Shown here piece by piece: positions 9,839 to 19,417 of a stretch of 64,000 bases of DNA (within the stretch, counting starts at the first letter, position 1; every line of letters begins with the position of its first letter). The notes under the pieces are model-generated. The model made no database searches. It saw only the letters and a list, made by a program, of their open reading frames with translations, and was not told the DNA's origin. The DNA comes from Methanobacteriota archaeon. Its GTDB lineage: Archaea; Thermoplasmatota; E2; DHVEG-1. The stretch is from assembly GCA_903877165.1 (NCBI GenBank), contig CAIRCU010000024.1:4688-68687 (forward strand). The letters run 5' to 3'. Made by a program: the position numbers and the translations under genes.

Positions 9839-12763
9839 ATGAAGAAACAAGACAAGCTCATTGTGATAGCTGGCGTCATAATTCTCATCATCGCATCCAT
9901 TGGGATTTACACATACGTACCCATGAAGGCATCCGGGGAGTCCGCCACCATCCAAAACTTCTTTGCAGTCAACGGCCAACTCATCAGCGGCACACCCACC
10001 GCCATCTCCGTCTCCAACGAAAACGCGTTCCTCCCGCTCATCGGGACGCCGCTCGCCGTCCATTACGACGTCACCGGATCCCAAGAGATCGTCCCCCTCT
10101 ACGTCGAGAACTTCACCTCGCCGTCCACCGCCGTCACCCGGGCGATAAGCGAACAGATCCCAATCCCGGTCACCTTGGTTATCGATAACTCAAAAACCGC
10201 TGAGCAATGGTCCCTGGACCTCGCAAGCACTTTTTGGGTGAGGTCCCAGGCCGCGCTCCTCATCGAGGACTCGGAGCAGGGCTACGACCTCGGCGTCCTC
10301 GCCGCACCCATCGCCTCCTACCTCAGCATCCCCGTCATCGTCGTCGAACCTAACACCACGACTGTTAATTCTGTCCTGGCCACCCTCGGGGTCGAAAAAA
10401 CCATCGTCTGCGGTGAGCATATCCCCGGGGTCGGCTCTATCCTGCGGCTTCATACCGTTGACGATGTCGTCAACGCCGTCACCACCGTACTCAAAGACCG
10501 ATTCGGTTCCACCGACTACCTCGTCCTCACCAACCCGCTCGATGCCTGGCCGCCAAAAGTCCTCGCCTCAGTCAACTTCACACTCGGCCCCACGACATTG
10601 CATAGCGGCGCGACCACCTTACTCATCCCCACCATCACCCATAGCAATCCGCCCCTTGGGACGTTCACCATCCCTAAAGACTACAAGTACGCACTCGTCA
10701 AGTTCAAGGGCATCAACATGAACCCCGAACATGTTGATGACCTCGGGGACAACGTGGCATTCCTCGTCGGCCCCAATATCCCCGGTGCTCCCTCTGGGAT
10801 GCAGAGTGAGGAGTTCTATGTCGGCGGCACCAACACCGGAGGCATCGGCGTGCGAGATGCCAGCGGCAAACTAATTGAAGACAGTACCTACACCGAGGCC
10901 GTCTACTATGACCGCGGTGGCGTTGAATACACCGTGAAAGCCGCGCCCTCATGGCTTGTGACGAAGCAAGGCCAAGTCAAGGCAGAGGTGACAATTGAGA
11001 AGCTCAGCAGCTCCCTCTACCCGATGATGCCCAAACTGTCGTCACTCGCGCCGTACCTCGCTGCGTACCACAAGGGCCTCGTCTATGGTAAACCCGAGTT
11101 CGCCTTCGCCGCTAACGATGATACTTTGTTCAACGGGCAGACCTGCCCCGGGTACTCTTTACCGCGGAAAAACCCTCATCTCGCGGAAGCCTCCAACGAG
11201 CATGTCTTTGAGATCCATAATCAGATCAACGTCCTGCTCGCCAAACTCGCCAACAATCTCGACGGCATGGGCTTTAACGTGAGCTATCAGCCGGACCTCA
11301 AACCGCTCCGGGACTATTACTACGATCATCCCATGTATATCGCCCTTATGGGCGACGGCACGATGCTACCGCAGTACCTCTACAACAGCACGATCGAGCC
11401 GATCTCCGTTCAGGATATGGAGTACTTCTGGGGATGCGGCATCCCCAGCGATTTCATCTACTCAGACATCGACCCGAATCCGGGGAGTTGGGTGGAACAG
11501 GCGCCGGATGTACGGGATATCTACAGCCCAGGTGCGTACCCCGTCCAGGAGAACATCATCGGGCGGATCACCGGGTGGGATACCCAGGATGTCTCTGCGC
11601 TCATCGCTCGCACCATCTACTATAACACCATCATCAACGGACTAGGGGATTGGAAAGATACGGCGGCTGTGATGCTGGGCGGTGGCAACGATTTCCAGGA
11701 GCCCCTTGTGCGATTTACGCTCTTCGGGCAGATCCTCCATATCACAGCCTTGGGTGAACCGTTGAAGTTGACGACCGGGGCGTCGTTAATCAACGGAATG
11801 GCCCTCTCAAGCATCGTGAAAGGTTTAGGCTACAATACGACGTATATCCGGGAGAACAAAGCCTCGTTTGCGGGCTACAGCGACCAGGCGATACGGCTCC
11901 TCAAGAAAGCCGATGTCCTGAACAAGCTCATGCTGTCGCCCCGACAGCTGCGGACGCAGCTGGGCGCAGAAATTGTCCAAGGCAAAGAAGTCCAGGAGAA
12001 CTCGAACCTTATCTTCGCGAACGCGCATGGGAACCAGCATCTGTTCGCCATGGGCGACGTCGGCGTCACCAGCCTGGGACTGGGGCTGCCGAATGGGCCG
12101 TTGCATAAGCTCCTCGTTCAGGTCGCGTCGATCATCGGGTTCGGACCGGGGACGTCGCTTGGTGCGCACACGTGTTACAGCCCGCGGCAGGTCGAGACGA
12201 TGAAGCTCGGGCCGTCGTACCTGTGGATAGAAAGCTGCGTCTGCGGGAAGCTGGACGGTATGTACCCCACGCAGAGCATCACCCAGGCGTACCTCCACTC
12301 CGGGGTCAACACGGTTATTGCGGCGACGACGTGTTCGAACATCGCCGGCGGGTACATGAATCCGAAGAACACGAAGTATGATTTCCCTGGTCAGACCGCG
12401 TACCGGTTCATCGTGAACCGGATCAAGGCGGCAGAGGGCGTGTACCCGGATCTGCATTTCGGCTTTTTACTATACACGGACATGCTTGCGAATCTGCAGA
12501 AGGGCAACGTCAGCCTTGGGATGGCGTTCCGTGACGCACGCAACGCCTACCTCCCCGAGGATGCGACCTGGGAGGTCTGGTGGTCCCCACCCCTGTTCAC
12601 CAGCGGGATGAGTACTGCGTTGGATAACTCCATCTATAAGTCGATGGCGCACTCCTCGGCGTTGAACCCCCAGTTGGACAACAAGTACACGACGTTCCTT
12701 GAATACCACATGTATGGGGATCCGGCCTTCATCCCGTACGTCCCGATGACGACCGCAAGCTAA
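9839..12763 (+). CDS. Large (~975 aa) membrane-anchored surface protein; C-terminal region carries a His-Gly … Cys dyad reminiscent of clan CD (gingipain/C25-, clostripain-like) cysteine peptidases
   Basis: Track start at 9827 is GTG; ATG at 9839 (MKKQDKLIVIAGVIILII, a signal anchor). 'LIFANAHGNQH' and 'YLWIESCVCG' lie about 70 aa apart, each preceded by hydrophobic strands. Many N-x-S/T sequons. Confidence 0.55.
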   Translation: MKKQDKLIVIAGVIILIIASIGIYTYVPMKASGESATIQNFFAVNGQLISGTPTAISVSNENAFLPLIGTPLAVHYDVTGSQEIVPLYVENFTSPSTAVTRAISEQIPIPVTLVIDNSKTAEQWSLDLASTFWVRSQAALLIEDSEQGYDLGVLAAPIASYLSIPVIVVEPNTTTVNSVLATLGVEKTIVCGEHIPGVGSILRLHTVDDVVNAVTTVLKDRFGSTDYLVLTNPLDAWPPKVLASVNFTLGPTTLHSGATTLLIPTITHSNPPLGTFTIPKDYKYALVKFKGINMNPEHVDDLGDNVAFLVGPNIPGAPSGMQSEEFYVGGTNTGGIGVRDASGKLIEDSTYTEAVYYDRGGVEYTVKAAPSWLVTKQGQVKAEVTIEKLSSSLYPMMPKLSSLAPYLAAYHKGLVYGKPEFAFAANDDTLFNGQTCPGYSLPRKNPHLAEASNEHVFEIHNQINVLLAKLANNLDGMGFNVSYQPDLKPLRDYYYDHPMYIALMGDGTMLPQYLYNSTIEPISVQDMEYFWGCGIPSDFIYSDIDPNPGSWVEQAPDVRDIYSPGAYPVQENIIGRITGWDTQDVSALIARTIYYNTIINGLGDWKDTAAVMLGGGNDFQEPLVRFTLFGQILHITALGEPLKLTTGASLINGMALSSIVKGLGYNTTYIRENKASFAGYSDQAIRLLKKADVLNKLMLSPRQLRTQLGAEIVQGKEVQENSNLIFANAHGNQHLFAMGDVGVTSLGLGLPNGPLHKLLVQVASIIGFGPGTSLGAHTCYSPRQVETMKLGPSYLWIESCVCGKLDGMYPTQSITQAYLHSGVNTVIAATTCSNIAGGYMNPKNTKYDFPGQTAYRFIVNRIKAAEGVYPDLHFGFLLYTDMLANLQKGNVSLGMAFRDARNAYLPEDATWEVWWSPPLFTSGMSTALDNSIYKSMAHSSALNPQLDNKYTTFLEYHMYGDPAFIPYVPMTTAS

Positions 12764-12788
12764 ACCTTCCCCTTTTTTTCTTTTCTCT

Positions 12789-13832
12789 TTATTTTTGGAT
12801 GATGTCTAGCGCCCGCATCTTCTCCAGGTTCTCCGGGTGGTTGGTGAAGTACGTATGGATCGGCTCCAGTATCGTGTTGATGGAGGCTGCGGTCGCGTTC
12901 TTCAAGTCCAGCGGGTGCAGCCCCGTCGTGTATGCCGCCTCGAGTGCCGTGTAGTCGGGGAAGCTGAGGTCGCCTCCGAATTTCTCAGGACGGTGAATGA
13001 AAAACAACTCGCCGTGCAGTTCGGGGAAAACGACGTATTTGCACAGTTCCAGGACGGGGTTGCCCTCCGTCTGTTTCTCCGGGCAGAAGGCTTTCGCAAG
13101 CTTGCGTTGCACGGTCTGTGGGTCGTCATGGATCGAGATCATCGACTCGGGTTTGCTCTTGCTCATCTTGGATTCGATGGGGTTCATGCGGCCGCCGGCC
13201 TGCAGGCCCGTGAGCAACGGCGTGTGCAAGGCGACGGGTAGCTTGCGTCCCAGCTTCTTGGCCACATCCCTGCAGAGCATGTGCGCGTGCCGTTGGTCCA
13301 TCCCGCCGTACGCCACATCCACGTCGAGGTAGAAGATGTCCGCGACCTGCATCGCTGGGTAGAAGAGCTTGGAGAGGTCTTTCTCTGCCTCGTCCTCGCC
13401 GCGGCCCATGATGTCCATGGCGCGTTTCACCCGGGCCACGGAGGTCGCCTTCGCGGTCTTCAGCACCAGTTCCCAGTACGCCGCGTCGTTGACGTAGTCG
13501 CTGGCGTACACGAACCGAACTTTTTCACGCTCTACGCCCATGGCTGCGAAGCAGTCCTCCATGTACTTGCCGCAGAGCTTGATTTTTTGTAGGTCTCCGT
13601 CGAGCTTGTCGTTGATGTACGCGTGCCAGTCCGCAAGCAGCACGGTGAACTCAAAGCCAAGCGAGAGGAAATCCTTGATCTTGTTGGTGCAGATCTTCCA
13701 GCCGAGGTGCACGGAGCCCGAGGGCTCAAACCCGATGTAGGCCTTCGGCCGTTCCTTCTGCAGCACCATTTCCAGTTCTTGGACGGTGACGATCTCCTCA
13801 GCGTTGCGTGACAGGCACTCCAGAGCATCCAT
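12789..13832 (-). CDS. tyrS: Tyrosyl-tRNA synthetase (archaeal type)
   Basis: YIGFEPSGSVHLG (HIGH-class motif), KMSKS, and RPEKFGGDL / LHPLDLKNA near the C-terminus. ATG at 13832 (MDALECL…) chosen by alignment logic over 13853. Confidence 0.95.
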   Translation of the reverse strand: MDALECLSRNAEEIVTVQELEMVLQKERPKAYIGFEPSGSVHLGWKICTNKIKDFLSLGFEFTVLLADWHAYINDKLDGDLQKIKLCGKYMEDCFAAMGVEREKVRFVYASDYVNDAAYWELVLKTAKATSVARVKRAMDIMGRGEDEAEKDLSKLFYPAMQVADIFYLDVDVAYGGMDQRHAHMLCRDVAKKLGRKLPVALHTPLLTGLQAGGRMNPIESKMSKSKPESMISIHDDPQTVQRKLAKAFCPEKQTEGNPVLELCKYVVFPELHGELFFIHRPEKFGGDLSFPDYTALEAAYTTGLHPLDLKNATAASINTILEPIHTYFTNHPENLEKMRALDIIQK

Positions 13833-14068
13833 ACGGAGAAGGGAATCCACCATGGGCTTTATGGCGATTTCGATTCCCCGGGAGAAAGATTCTCCTCTGT
13901 GAAGACGTGATAATTCCTATACCTATTGGGTAGAGATGCATAAATGCACAGGAAATAGGGTGGCTGATATCAGTGTGAATATGAATTCAAATCGAAAAAA
14001 GGAATAGTCGCTGCCCTTCTTAGAAGGATTAGAAAACCATTCAGGAGAGAGGCTTATTTTCTAGGTTT

Positions 14069-15403
14069 CTAATTCATGGTCGGGATATCATAGGGTTTTT
14101 TTGCTGGATGCCAGTCGCAATACACACCAGGAATGTAAATCAGAATAGAATAATACCAAAATGGGATGGCAAAGATGACTGTACGACCCCATAATACCTT
14201 AGGTCCAACCCTTATCCAATCATCATAGTAGTTCTTATCGAAAACTGGGTTTTTTATTGTTTGACGTCGGATGGGAAGGACTTGCACAAAAGTAATAGGT
14301 CGTGAATTATCAATAAAATTGTTGCACGTTATTTTTTCCGTTCCTTTCACCATTTCTGTGTCCAAGCCAACATGGTTATTTCTGAACTCATTGTTGAAAA
14401 TGACATTCGATTTTCCAGGGGAGCGAATCACTATTCCATAACTACAGTTTCTGATTTTATTGCAGGTGATATTGACAAATGATACATTTTCAGAATAGAT
14501 GCCAGAGGAATCATTCTCGAAGATGTTATTAATAACCGTCGAATACGAGCAACCCCAAATAACCAGCCCCCCATCCCCGACACCGTTGTGAATAAAGTTA
14601 CCGTCGATACGAATATGACTTCCCGAGACTTCCATTCCTACTGAATCGGTATTGAAGATTTCATTTCCTGTGACGGTGATATTTTTACATCGAACGATAT
14701 ATATTCCACTTCTTGTGCTCAGATGATTATTGGAAATCACCCAGTCACGCGGTTCCTCCCAAAGGTTGATGTTACACGCATTGTGTGAGATGTTGTTACG
14801 AAGTATGGTGTCGTTTCGGCAGTATCCTCGTCCCCATATCCCACCTTGCATTTTGGAAATAGTGTTTTCAGCGATATAATTATGCGAAGCGTCTTTGAGG
14901 AAGACACCGTACCAATTATTCAAAATGGTATTCCCTACGATATTGTTATAGTCTCCACCAAGAATATCAATTCCGTTGACCGTGTTGTTTGAAATGGTAT
15001 TGCCACTGGACAGAAGTCCTATCCCAGAATAATTCCAAATATTGTGAGAATTTTGGATTGTAAAACCAGTCATGTTTATTTTGTTTGCATTGACCGTGAG
15101 TACATACCTATCCATTTTTCCAATGATAATCGTAGTATCTCTATTTTCACCAATCAAATTGAGTGTTTTATCGATGACTACATTTTCATGATAGGTGCCT
15201 TGGAAAACAAAGATAGTTTCTCCATCACTTGCATTATCAATTGCAGCCTGAATAGTGCTATAGTTCCCTGGTCCTGAACCACCGACATAAAGAGTTTTTC
15301 CATCAGATAAAGGAATGAGGTTGCTCTTGTCAGACTGTGCCAATATTGGAATGCTTGAACCAAAAAACAGCAGGATGACCCCAACTACAAGCAACTTATT
15401 CAT
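14069..15403 (-). CDS. Secreted right-handed parallel beta-helix repeat protein (NosD/PbH1-like), AT-rich gene
   Basis: ATG at 15403 (the track start 15421 is TTG). Signal peptide MNKLLVVGVILLFFGSSIPILA. 'LYVGGSGPGNYSTIQAAIDNASDGETIFVFQGTY' and repeated N-x-I-x-x-N coils. Paralogous to 51196..53253 and 37664..39712. Hydrophobic C-terminal segment. Confidence 0.75.
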   Translation of the reverse strand: MNKLLVVGVILLFFGSSIPILAQSDKSNLIPLSDGKTLYVGGSGPGNYSTIQAAIDNASDGETIFVFQGTYHENVVIDKTLNLIGENRDTTIIIGKMDRYVLTVNANKINMTGFTIQNSHNIWNYSGIGLLSSGNTISNNTVNGIDILGGDYNNIVGNTILNNWYGVFLKDASHNYIAENTISKMQGGIWGRGYCRNDTILRNNISHNACNINLWEEPRDWVISNNHLSTRSGIYIVRCKNITVTGNEIFNTDSVGMEVSGSHIRIDGNFIHNGVGDGGLVIWGCSYSTVINNIFENDSSGIYSENVSFVNITCNKIRNCSYGIVIRSPGKSNVIFNNEFRNNHVGLDTEMVKGTEKITCNNFIDNSRPITFVQVLPIRRQTIKNPVFDKNYYDDWIRVGPKVLWGRTVIFAIPFWYYSILIYIPGVYCDWHPAKKPYDIPTMN

Positions 15404-15549
15404 GGGACTCCCCCCTAACAAGTAATGTTTAAAGAGCCTTTTAAGCCTATTCCTGACCTATATAAGGCGAAGTGAAACCTTCTCTCCATTTCGATAGGTA
15501 AAACGGTTATATTTTTAGCTAGCAAGGGGAGGAGTCGGAACCCCTTCGA

Positions 15550-16899
15550 TTACCGAGAAAGCTTCTTGACGATGTTGTCCACGACCGCGCCCGTGGCCCC
15601 CAGATAATTCGCGGGGTTCATCGCCGCCTCCAGTTCCTTTTGCGACAACATCTTGGTCACTTTCGGCGTCCGCTGCAGCACTGCAAGCAGATGTTTGCCG
15701 GACTCCGATGCCTTCAACGCCGAGACCCTCAGCAGCTCATGTGCATCCCCCCGGCCCATGCCCTTCTCAACAAGCTTGGTCATGACCGCCTCAGACATAG
15801 GCAGACCCTGGGAGTGCTCCAGGTTCTGCAGCATACGCTGCGGGTTCACCTTCAAATGAGCGAACACGTCGTTCATCTGGGTGACGATCCAGTCCGTCAG
15901 AATCAGCGAATGAGGGAGAATGAACCGTTCCGCTGAGGAGTTCGCCAGGTCCCGCTCGTGCCACTGGATCGCATCCTCGTACGTCGGGATGATGTAGCAG
16001 CGGACCACACGGGCCAGCCCGCAGACCTGCTCGCTGGTGATCGGGTTCTTCTTCTGCGGCATCGTCGAGGATCCGACCTGTTTCTTCGCCTCGAACGCCT
16101 CGGAGACCTCCCCGATTTCGCTGCGCTGCAGGTTCCGGATTTCGGTGGCGAACTTCTCCATACTCGTCGCAATGTTCGCGAGCACCGACAGCAGCTCCAC
16201 ATACCGGTCCCGGTCGACGATCTGCGTCGCGCCCTCCTCGATGCCGAGTTTGAGGTCCTGCATGACCAGCTGCTGGATCTTCAACGCCTGCTTGCCGAGA
16301 GCCGCGCCGGTGCCGACCGCACCGGACATCTTGCCGACGAGTGCCCGGGATTTGCATTCATGGAGCCGTTCCAGCTGCCGGTCTACCTCCAAGGCGTACA
16401 CCGCCATCTTCAAGCCAAACGTAATGGGAATCGAGGACTGTCCATGGGTCCGCCCGAGCATCAACGTATCCCGATGCGTCTTCGCCAGAGCCACCAGGGT
16501 CTTCCGCAGCGCCTTCAGCTGCTGGGACAGCAGAGCCGTCGCGGCCGCAAACTGCAGGGCGTTCGCGGTATCCACGATGTCGTAGCTCGTCGCCCCGAGA
16601 TGCACGTACTTGCCGGCGTCCCCTTGACAGACCTCGCTGAGCGCCTTGGTCACGGCCATGATGTCGTGCTTGGTCTCCTTCTCGATCTGCGCGACCCGAC
16701 GCGCCGTGACGTACTTCGTGGAGGCTTTCTTAGAGATCTCCTCCGCGTCGCGCTTTGGAATAGTGCCGACGGCAGCATGGGCACGCGCCAGCGCCGCCTC
16801 GACATCGAGGAGGTACTGCAGCTTGCTTGATTCACCGAAAATGTCTTTGACAACAGGACGGCCGTAGCGGTACTCTAGCGGGCACACAGGGTTCTCCAT
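15550..16899 (-). CDS. purB: Adenylosuccinate lyase
   Basis: Fumarate-lyase signature GSSTMPQKKNP. N-terminal PLEYRYG. Track start 16911 is GTG; ATG at 16899. Confidence 0.95.
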   Translation of the reverse strand: MENPVCPLEYRYGRPVVKDIFGESSKLQYLLDVEAALARAHAAVGTIPKRDAEEISKKASTKYVTARRVAQIEKETKHDIMAVTKALSEVCQGDAGKYVHLGATSYDIVDTANALQFAAATALLSQQLKALRKTLVALAKTHRDTLMLGRTHGQSSIPITFGLKMAVYALEVDRQLERLHECKSRALVGKMSGAVGTGAALGKQALKIQQLVMQDLKLGIEEGATQIVDRDRYVELLSVLANIATSMEKFATEIRNLQRSEIGEVSEAFEAKKQVGSSTMPQKKNPITSEQVCGLARVVRCYIIPTYEDAIQWHERDLANSSAERFILPHSLILTDWIVTQMNDVFAHLKVNPQRMLQNLEHSQGLPMSEAVMTKLVEKGMGRGDAHELLRVSALKASESGKHLLAVLQRTPKVTKMLSQKELEAAMNPANYLGATGAVVDNIVKKLSR

Positions 16900-16949
16900 G
16901 GGTCTCACCACCCTGGAACGGAACCAAGGTTAATGTATTTTTGTTAGCA

Positions 16950-17363
16950 CTACTCGACAGCCGCTAGGAGCATGGACAACTCCTTGGCCACCGCACGGAT
17001 CCGCGGGTAGTGGCGATCCAGCTTCTGCACTAGTCTCGTCAGATGCGCGACCGTGCCGAAGATCAGGATGTCGGCGGATTCCTCAGGTGCCTCGTACGCG
17101 TTCTTCGGGATAGCCACCTCACCGCCCACCGACAGCATATCCTGCTTGATGATCACCGCATCCTGCAGCAGGATGTTGTGGCAGCGGACGACCTTGAGGA
17201 CTGCCTTGGGCGCCATGATCTCAACACTGCGAGGATCGCACCCGATGCCGAAGATCTCCTCGCGGGCCTCGGCGAGCGTCGCAACCTCCACGACCTCAAG
17301 ACGCGGACTAGTCATAGCCATCACTGCACCGTGATTTTCTCCTCCCTTTTTACCCTTTGTCAT
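16950..17363 (-). CDS. Conserved hypothetical protein (137 aa), co-directional with purB
   Basis: ATG at 17363 with alternatives at 17321 and 17315. No motif I can name. 38 nt upstream of purB. Confidence 0.5.
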   Translation of the reverse strand: MTKGKKGGENHGAVMAMTSPRLEVVEVATLAEAREEIFGIGCDPRSVEIMAPKAVLKVVRCHNILLQDAVIIKQDMLSVGGEVAIPKNAYEAPEESADILIFGTVAHLTRLVQKLDRHYPRIRAVAKELSMLLAAVE

Positions 17364-17423
17364 CAGAACCGGCCAGCTAGATTAATCAAGAGCACCCGCC
17401 TTATCCACCGAAGCACGATACCT

Positions 17424-18059
17424 ATGACCTCGCCAAGGCGACCAGGAAGCTACCTCCTCGTCTTCACCCTAGAGAGGGTGCTCTCATGCCGCATCGGGAA
17501 ACGCGGTCAGATGACGTTCCCCCAGGGCACCTACGTGTACGTCGGCTCCGCCCTCAGCGGCCTCGACCAGCGCATCCGCCGCCACCTACGGGCAGACAAG
17601 AAAATCCATTGGCACATCGACTACCTCCTCCCGTACGCTCAGATAACAACAATCTATTATACAATTAGTACGAATAGAGAAGAATGCCGGCTTGCGGCCG
17701 CCTTCGCCCACCGTCACACGCCGCTCCCTGGTTTCGGCTGCAGCGACTGCTTATGCGTTTCCCACCTCTTCGTCGGGTCCCCTGAGGATATGGAAGCAAC
17801 CATCAGAAGCCTCACCCTCACTCAGTACCCGGTCAGCAAATCTTTAAAATCACCGACGCCTTCGAACCCTGCGTATGGCTCAGATCGTCTACTCCACCAT
17901 CGGGTCGCTGCGAGAGGCACGCACCATCGCCGACGCCCTCGTCAGAGAACGGCTCGCAGCCTGCGTGAACCTCATCCCCAAGGTCGAGTCGGTCTACCGC
18001 TGGAAAGGCACAATAGAAAACGCCCAAGAATGCGTCCTGCTCGCAAAAACCAGGGATGA
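17424..18059 (+). CDS. DUF123 / GIY-YIG-like domain protein; the 3' end reads 185 nt into cutA in another frame
   Basis: 'GTYVYVGSALSGLDQRIRRHL…KKIHWHIDYLL' fits the DUF123 core. ATG at 17424. No stop until 18059, and the tail is Arg-rich low-complexity. Confidence 0.5.
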   Translation: MTSPRRPGSYLLVFTLERVLSCRIGKRGQMTFPQGTYVYVGSALSGLDQRIRRHLRADKKIHWHIDYLLPYAQITTIYYTISTNREECRLAAAFAHRHTPLPGFGCSDCLCVSHLFVGSPEDMEATIRSLTLTQYPVSKSLKSPTPSNPAYGSDRLLHHRVAARGTHHRRRPRQRTARSLREPHPQGRVGLPLERHNRKRPRMRPARKNQG

Positions 18060-18186
18060 AAAGGCGCAGGCCGTGATCGACCGCATACGTTCGCTGCACT
18101 CCTACGAGCTGCCGGACATCATCGTGCTGCCCATCACCGGCGGGCTGCCTGAATTCCTGAACTACATCACAGAAGAATCCACATGA
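17875..18186 (+). CDS. cutA: Divalent-cation tolerance protein CutA
   Basis: 103 aa (…VESVYRWKGTIE…SLHSYELPDIIVLPI…) fits CutA1. Confidence 0.9.
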   Translation: MAQIVYSTIGSLREARTIADALVRERLAACVNLIPKVESVYRWKGTIENAQECVLLAKTRDEKAQAVIDRIRSLHSYELPDIIVLPITGGLPEFLNYITEEST

Positions 18187-18815
18187 AACTCGTCTGCCTC
18201 GTCTCCGGCGGGATCGACTCCCCAGTCGCGGTCTACTCTATGCGGCACTGGGCGCAGGAGTATATCTTCGTCCATGTGGACAACCGCCCATTCACCGGGG
18301 ATCAAGGCTACCAGAACTTCCTGGCCGTCGCCACCCGACTCAAGGCGCTGCTCCCCTGTCCAATCCGTGCGTACCGAGTTCCGCACGGTCCTGTCCTCCA
18401 GCGTCACAAACAGGATTGCAACCAGAAACTCACCTGTGTCTTCTGCAAGCGGATGATGATGCGCTACGGCGAAGCGATCGCACAGCAGCATGGCGCCTCT
18501 GCGGTCGTGACCGGCGAGTCCCTCGGGCAGGTCGCCTCCCAGACCTTACAGAACCTCAGAGCAATCGAGGACGCCGTCCATATCCCCATCATGCGGCCGC
18601 TCATCGGTCTGGACAAGGAAGACATCATCCGTGTCGCCAAGGACATCGGCACCTTTGAGCTCTCCACGGTCCGCACCACGGGATGCGCTGCGGTACCGTT
18701 TAAACCCGCAACTAGGGCACGACTCGACCACATCCAGCTCGAAGAAGAAAAGATACCTCTCAAGAAGCTGGTACAAGAAGCGGTCGATGGCGCAGAAGAG
18801 ATAAAGATAAAATAA
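18183..18815 (+). CDS. ThiI-like PP-loop ATPase (probable tRNA sulfurtransferase catalytic domain, no THUMP domain)
   Basis: PP-loop SGGIDSPVA. CVFCKRMMMRYGEAIA…VVTGESLGQVASQTLQNL…MRPLIGLDKEDI matches the ThiI C-terminal domain. ATGA overlap with cutA. Confidence 0.8.
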   Translation: MKLVCLVSGGIDSPVAVYSMRHWAQEYIFVHVDNRPFTGDQGYQNFLAVATRLKALLPCPIRAYRVPHGPVLQRHKQDCNQKLTCVFCKRMMMRYGEAIAQQHGASAVVTGESLGQVASQTLQNLRAIEDAVHIPIMRPLIGLDKEDIIRVAKDIGTFELSTVRTTGCAAVPFKPATRARLDHIQLEEEKIPLKKLVQEAVDGAEEIKIK

Positions 18816-18847
18816 AAAAGAAGAGGGAGAGATTCAAAAATGAATCT

Positions 18848-19417
18848 CTACGGTTGGGTCTGGCGCTGTTTCCAGCTCCAGTAGTCTTTTAACTCGTTCA
18901 AGGCGATGTTGAGGGTAACGGTGTCCTTGACTGCGGTGATGTAGTTCGTGTCGATCGGCATCGTGGTGTTGTATGGCATGTGCCAGGACTCGCAGATGTA
19001 CGGGTCGAGGATCAAGCCGAGGTTGTTGTACGTTCCGTTGCGCTCCACGCCGGTGCAGAAGGTGCCGATTCGGGAGTTGTACTTGTCGAACACGGGCTTC
19101 TCTATGAGCTCCTCAAACGGCAGCGTGAACGGTCCGCAGGTGACGGTCTTGTTCCAGTTGTGGCACAGATCATCCAGGGTCTTGTTCAGGGTGATCGTGT
19201 TGCCGGTGTCGCGGACGTACTCGCTGGGGATTGGGATGAGCTTGTTGTCGCCGCGGAACCAGTTGTTGCGGACGTACTCGTTGGTCTTGATCCCGAAGAA
19301 GTACCCCGGGTACTCTTCGTTCCAACCACGCCAGGTCTTGTCCATCCAGCCGATGCTGCGGCCTGTCGCGTCATATACTTCTTTGCCTATTAACTCGTGC
19401 GGATTTCCAATCTTCAT
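18848..19417 (-). CDS. PRC-barrel domain protein (two PRC-like modules)
   Basis: ATG at 19417 (MKIGNPHELIGKEVYDATGRSIGWMDK). The upstream 43 codons of the track ORF look spurious. Confidence 0.6.
   Translation of the reverse strand: MKIGNPHELIGKEVYDATGRSIGWMDKTWRGWNEEYPGYFFGIKTNEYVRNNWFRGDNKLIPIPSEYVRDTGNTITLNKTLDDLCHNWNKTVTCGPFTLPFEELIEKPVFDKYNSRIGTFCTGVERNGTYNNLGLILDPYICESWHMPYNTTMPIDTNYITAVKDTVTLNIALNELKDYWSWKQRQTQP

Noticed and set aside
17043-17423. N-terminal 127 codons of track ORF 17043..18059
   Set aside because: This segment is antisense to the 16950..17363 gene and lacks conserved motifs. The DUF123 core begins at the ATG at 17424.
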